Shown here piece by piece: positions 59,400 through 64,000 of a stretch of 64,000 bases of DNA; the first letter of the stretch is position 1; each line of letters opens with the position of its first letter. The notes beneath the pieces were generated by a model. That model was not told the DNA's origin. It worked only from the letters and a program-made list of their open reading frames with translations, and searched no databases. A program made the position numbers and the translations under genes. The DNA lies in NCBI GenBank assembly GCA_964016885.1, contig OZ024745.1, positions 63,860,001 to 63,924,000 on the forward strand. The letters run 5' to 3'. This DNA is from Eledone cirrhosa (Eukaryota).

Positions 59400-60900
59400 T
59401 GAAAATCAACAATTTCTCATACAAAACGGAGTTGTACTTGAATAAAAAATGATTTTATAAAGATCTAAGAGAGAGACATTACCAAAGCCAACCATATGTA
59501 TGAAACAACTGAAACATGAACGCATAAAGAAATAGTGGAAATGTTTAACACAACACTGAGGACGTTGACGGCAACACCTGACTCTCTCCGAAAAGAAAAC
59601 CATTTTAATCCTCAAGGTTAAGAATACAACACTTAAAATCTACAGGCATCTAACTTCCTGTCTTAAGGCTTACACATTTCTAACTACAATAACACAAATG
59701 AAGATAATTAAACATCTAGAAAAATAATTTCTAGACGAGATTGCTGCAATGGCACATACGTCTGTTCAACAAAGACACAAACAAAGTCGGCAGGAGGAGA
59801 AAGAACGGATTCTGTGTGGCATGAATATTAGAATGCTTTGTCTGACTAGTCATCTTCACGTGTGGATCCTTAAATATTTTCAATAAACAAGACAATGTCA
59901 ATGATGAGCAAACTCATGAAACATATCGTGGGTAAATGGCAAAGAATTTTGTAGATACTGACAATATGGACAAATAACAGACCAAACCCATTATATATTG
60001 CAATATGTCTATTTCAAGGAGACTGCCTCGTCTTATGTCTTTTCTGGCGAGTAATAATACACCTAACCTACATTTTAAACTAAATTAAGCTCAGATACAA
60101 ATGTTATGAAAGGACAATGAACCCAATTTTTTTTCATGACCTCGAGTGATAAATAACTAGAAACACCAATACATATAATACTTGAGGAATTGATATCAGA
60201 TTTGGATTACATAAATGTGCCAAGACAATCTTGTAAAGAAAAGACTTAATAAAGAACACTAATAGCATGTCTGATAAAAAAAACAAAGATAAGAGAATGA
60301 CACTAATCACAGACTTACAAATACTTAAGAAATAAATGAACTGTAGAGAGTTTAACACACACAGATAAAAGAAAGTTTTAAAGCAGGAATGTTATCGACA
60401 TATTAGTTTATTACCGAACAATTGCTAAATGTAAAACATACGGTAATAGGCATCAATTCTCGATGCCACGGTAATAATTTATAGTTATATCATCCTAAAC
60501 TAGACGTTAATTGGATTAGCAAAACTAGATAACAAAACAAGAACAGAATATAGCACTTAAAATACATCACCCTAACATAGAAACATTATATCTAACAGAA
60601 TTACAGGATAGGGGATGACTTATACAACTAGAAAGTTATAAAATATTCAGTGTCAGACTACAAGAATAGTAAAGAAAAAGAGAAAACAGCTACATAACGT
60701 AACAGGAATAAAACAAACCACATTTTTTCTCTCTTGAATGTTAAATTGATAGAAAGTTGCAGGGAGAGAAATAAGAAACAACACAGAAATTGTGGAAATC
60801 CTAAACTTGAAGTTAAAATTGGAGCTTGAGAATGTCATGCTAAAGAAACTACAAGAGCTCTTATATGGCCGATAATAGAGCCGGGCGTAAATAGTCAAAG
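59400..60900 (+). mobile_element. Decayed R4-like LINE RT region
   Basis: LFQGDCL (~60009-29), LAKLDNKTR, HHPN.ETLYL and LIQLE remnants in RT order. Confidence 0.6.
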
Positions 60901-61765
60901 GAATTATCGCAGTACTGGCTGGGTTTGTTATTTCATAGCTGACCTAGAGTTGAATAACAGCATACAAGTTCAAGATCGAGAGATAGAGACGATATATGTT
61001 TGTATGTGTGAAGAGCTATGTAAAATAATACTTACTGCTATTTTTCTGTGTCTGATTGGAGGGGATTAGCAGTCTATGTAAAACACACTTTTGCCATAAA
61101 CAAAACTTTCATGAATTCAGAACAATTGTTCAGAATCCATGCAAATGTCATAAAGCAAATATGCTTTAGGTTACTGGGCCCATCACGCAAATATCAATCA
61201 TGATGGTATTCACCATTCTGTTTAACACAACGACTTGGTCTGTATAATGAGGTCACGTTCGTTGGAAGCATTTCCGACTGGCAATACGTCTGAATGTAAC
61301 ATCCTCTGAATAGTCTTGAAGGCTCATAAAAGGTCATGAGTGCCACACTTCCAACATTGAAGCACCCATATAAAAAGGATATAATGAATCAAGATACATT
61401 AACCCAATACTACTGTGTCATCCCGAACAACACATCCGTTTCTCATATCGTCTTGTCATTCAGTTCTAGATACCCATAAAAGACAAGATTGCGAAGACTG
61501 ACATGCACTTGACCATATGTTTGCTTGAGCTAGGGTGACCTGGAACTAATGAGCTGCAAAGGAAAGCGATATTAACCTGCGAAGAAATCGAACCTGTATT
61601 GCGAGTCCACCTCAGGAGCAGTTTACCACTGTCCTTCAATATTCCTGCAGCAGCTGAATCAATATTATTACTATATCACTGAAAGGACGGTGAGCTGGCA
61701 GAAACGCTCAAGTGTCAGATTAATTATGTTGCACCATGTTTTTCTTTAATCGCCATATATATATA

Positions 61766-61955
<190 letters not shown>

Positions 61956-62253
61956 TGTGTGTTTTCTATGTCTGCGTATATATATATATATAATAACTCC
62001 CTCTGGTCGAGCAATCTTTGAAGTGTGGGGACAACTGGAAAGCTTCCATTACTCATACTTCTCGCCTTCTTCACTACCTCTTCTACGGCCTCGATATGAA
62101 TGCCCCCTCCGCCTCCGTGGTATTTTTTTCGTGGTTATAAGAGGCTTAGCTCTGTTTCTCGACCGTTATATCGCGTGACTATCTCCCCCTCCGCCTTTTG
62201 GGATTCTTTCTCACGTCGTGTAGACGCGTTCTTGAGACTAGTAAAATGAGGTA

Positions 62254-62341
62254 TCCTCTTGATAAGTCGGCAGACCTCGCAAGGACTCTATATCTTTGAT
62301 ATATTGTTTTTGTTTATGCCACGAAACTACGTAGTCGAGGA
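62254..62341 (+). ncRNA. Type I hammerhead ribozyme, U3-A8 variant (copy 1)
   Basis: TCCTC-TTGATAA-GT(C)GGCA...TGCCAC-GAAA-CTACGTAG-TC-GAGGA. Confidence 0.8.
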
Positions 62342-62844
62342 ATTTAGGAACAGTTTAGGTATGATACATTTTATTACTAATTATATCTAAATGTTTCTTC
62401 TCTCTTCATAATGTATTTTTAACTCTGATACTGGTTCAGTCTGGTTCAAACTGAATTGGTCTGTCCCAGTCATTCATTGAGCAACATCGGTGAAGTTGGC
62501 ACCCTTAACTCACAGTTGGGTGCGGATGCATTCATGTATATATGTGTGTGTCCGCATGTATCTGTGTGTTTCTAAATGTATTAATAACTCCCTCTGGTCG
62601 AGCAATCTTTGAAGTGTGGGGACAACTGGAAAGCTTCCATTACTCATACTTCTCGCCTTCTTCACTACCTCTTCTACGGCCTCGATATGAATGCCCCCTC
62701 CGCCTCCGTGGTATTTTTTTCGTGGTTATAAGAGGCTTAGCTCTGTTTCTCGACCGTTATATCGCGTGACTATCTCCCCCTCCGCCTTTTGGGATTCTTT
62801 CTCACGTCGTGTAGACGCGTTCTTGAGACTAGTAAAATGAGGTA

Positions 62845-62932
62845 TCCTCTTGATAAGTCGGCAGACCTCGCAAGGACTCTATATCTTTGATATATTGTTT
62901 TTGTTTATGCCACGAAACTACGTAGTCGAGGA
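62845..62932 (+). ncRNA. Type I hammerhead ribozyme, U3-A8 variant (copy 2)
   Basis: Same sequence as copy 1. Confidence 0.8.
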
Positions 62933-63435
62933 ATTTAGGAACAGTTTAGGTATGATACATTTTATTACTAATTATATCTAAATGTTTCTTCTCTCTTCAT
63001 AATGTATTTTTAACTCTGATACTGGTTCAGTCTGGTTCAAACTGAATTGGTCTGTCCCAGTCATTCATTGAGCAACATCGGTGAAGTTGGCACCCTTAAC
63101 TCACAGTTGGGTGCGGATGCATTCATGTATATATGTGTGTGTCCGCATGTATCTGTGTGTTTCTAAATGTATTAATAACTCCCTCTGGTCGAGCAATCTT
63201 TGAAGTGTGGGGACAACTGGAAAGCTTCCATTACTCATACTTCTCGCCTTCTTCACTACCTCTTCTACGGCCTCGATATGAATGCCCCCTCCGCCTCCGT
63301 GGTATTTTTTTCGTGGTTATAAGAGGCTTAGCTCTGTTTCTCGACCGTTATATCGCGTGACTATCTCCCCCTCCGCCTTTTGGGATTCTTTCTCACGTCG
63401 TGTAGACGCGTTCTTGAGACTAGTAAAATGAGGTA

Positions 63436-63523
63436 TCCTCTTGATAAGTCGGCAGACCTCGCAAGGACTCTATATCTTTGATATATTGTTTTTGTTTATG
63501 CCACGAAACTACGTAGTCGAGGA
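63436..63523 (+). ncRNA. Type I hammerhead ribozyme, U3-A8 variant (copy 3)
   Basis: Same sequence as copy 1. Confidence 0.8.
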
Positions 63524-63757
63524 ATTTAGGAACAGTTTAGGTATGATACATTTTATTACTAATTATATCTAAATGTTTCTTCTCTCTTCATAATGTATTT
63601 TTAACTCTGATACTGGTTCAGTCTGGTTCAAACTGAATTGGTCTGTCCCAGTCATTCATTGAGCAACATCGGTGAAGTTGGCACCCTTAACTCACAGTTG
63701 GGTGCGGATGCATTCATGTATATATGTGTGTGTCCGCATGTATCTGTGTGTTTCTAA

Positions 63758-63809
<52 letters not shown>

Positions 63810-64000
63810 TATTTTCGTTTTCTTTGTCGGTCACAAGAACCAAAAACTGAATGTTATCACCAGCGACATCTGCAAGCAAAGCGAGCACCTGCAAGCACAA
63901 GTGCTTCCCCATCTTGATTCAATATCAGGAATTATGTGGCTGGAATTTTTTCAAAATTCTTCTTTTTTTTTTAACACGCTTTTTTAATTCGTAACAGTAG

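Larger units (their letters stand above)
61991..63762 (+). mobile_element. Three head-to-tail 591-nt non-coding units, each with a variant HHR (retrozyme-like)
   Basis: Units start at 61991, 62582 and 63173 and appear identical; (TA)n flanks. Confidence 0.95.

Overview
AT-rich eukaryotic (metazoan) intergenic or intronic DNA, saturated with (TA)n/(TG)n/(TACA)n microsatellites. The SINE types and composition suggest an octopus-like cephalopod (inference). No intact host gene is identifiable, and most short ORFs are microsatellite artefacts. Real coding content is transposon-derived: four Penelope-like retroelement (PLE; RT + C-terminal GIY-YIG) copies, two with kb-scale inverted arms; two decayed mariner elements; an R4/Dong-like RLE LINE 3' end; older LINE RT relics; and several tRNA-type SINEs. 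Manual folding shows a dense set of type I hammerhead ribozyme (HHR) motifs in PLE 3' ends and in non-coding elements sitting in (TA)n tracts. These include HHR-bearing tandem units of 422 nt and 591 nt (retrozyme-like), U3-A8 compensatory core variants, a conserved U4C variant, and a long-stem-II HHR with a compensatory change between two copies. All structures were predicted by eye; none were computed or tested.
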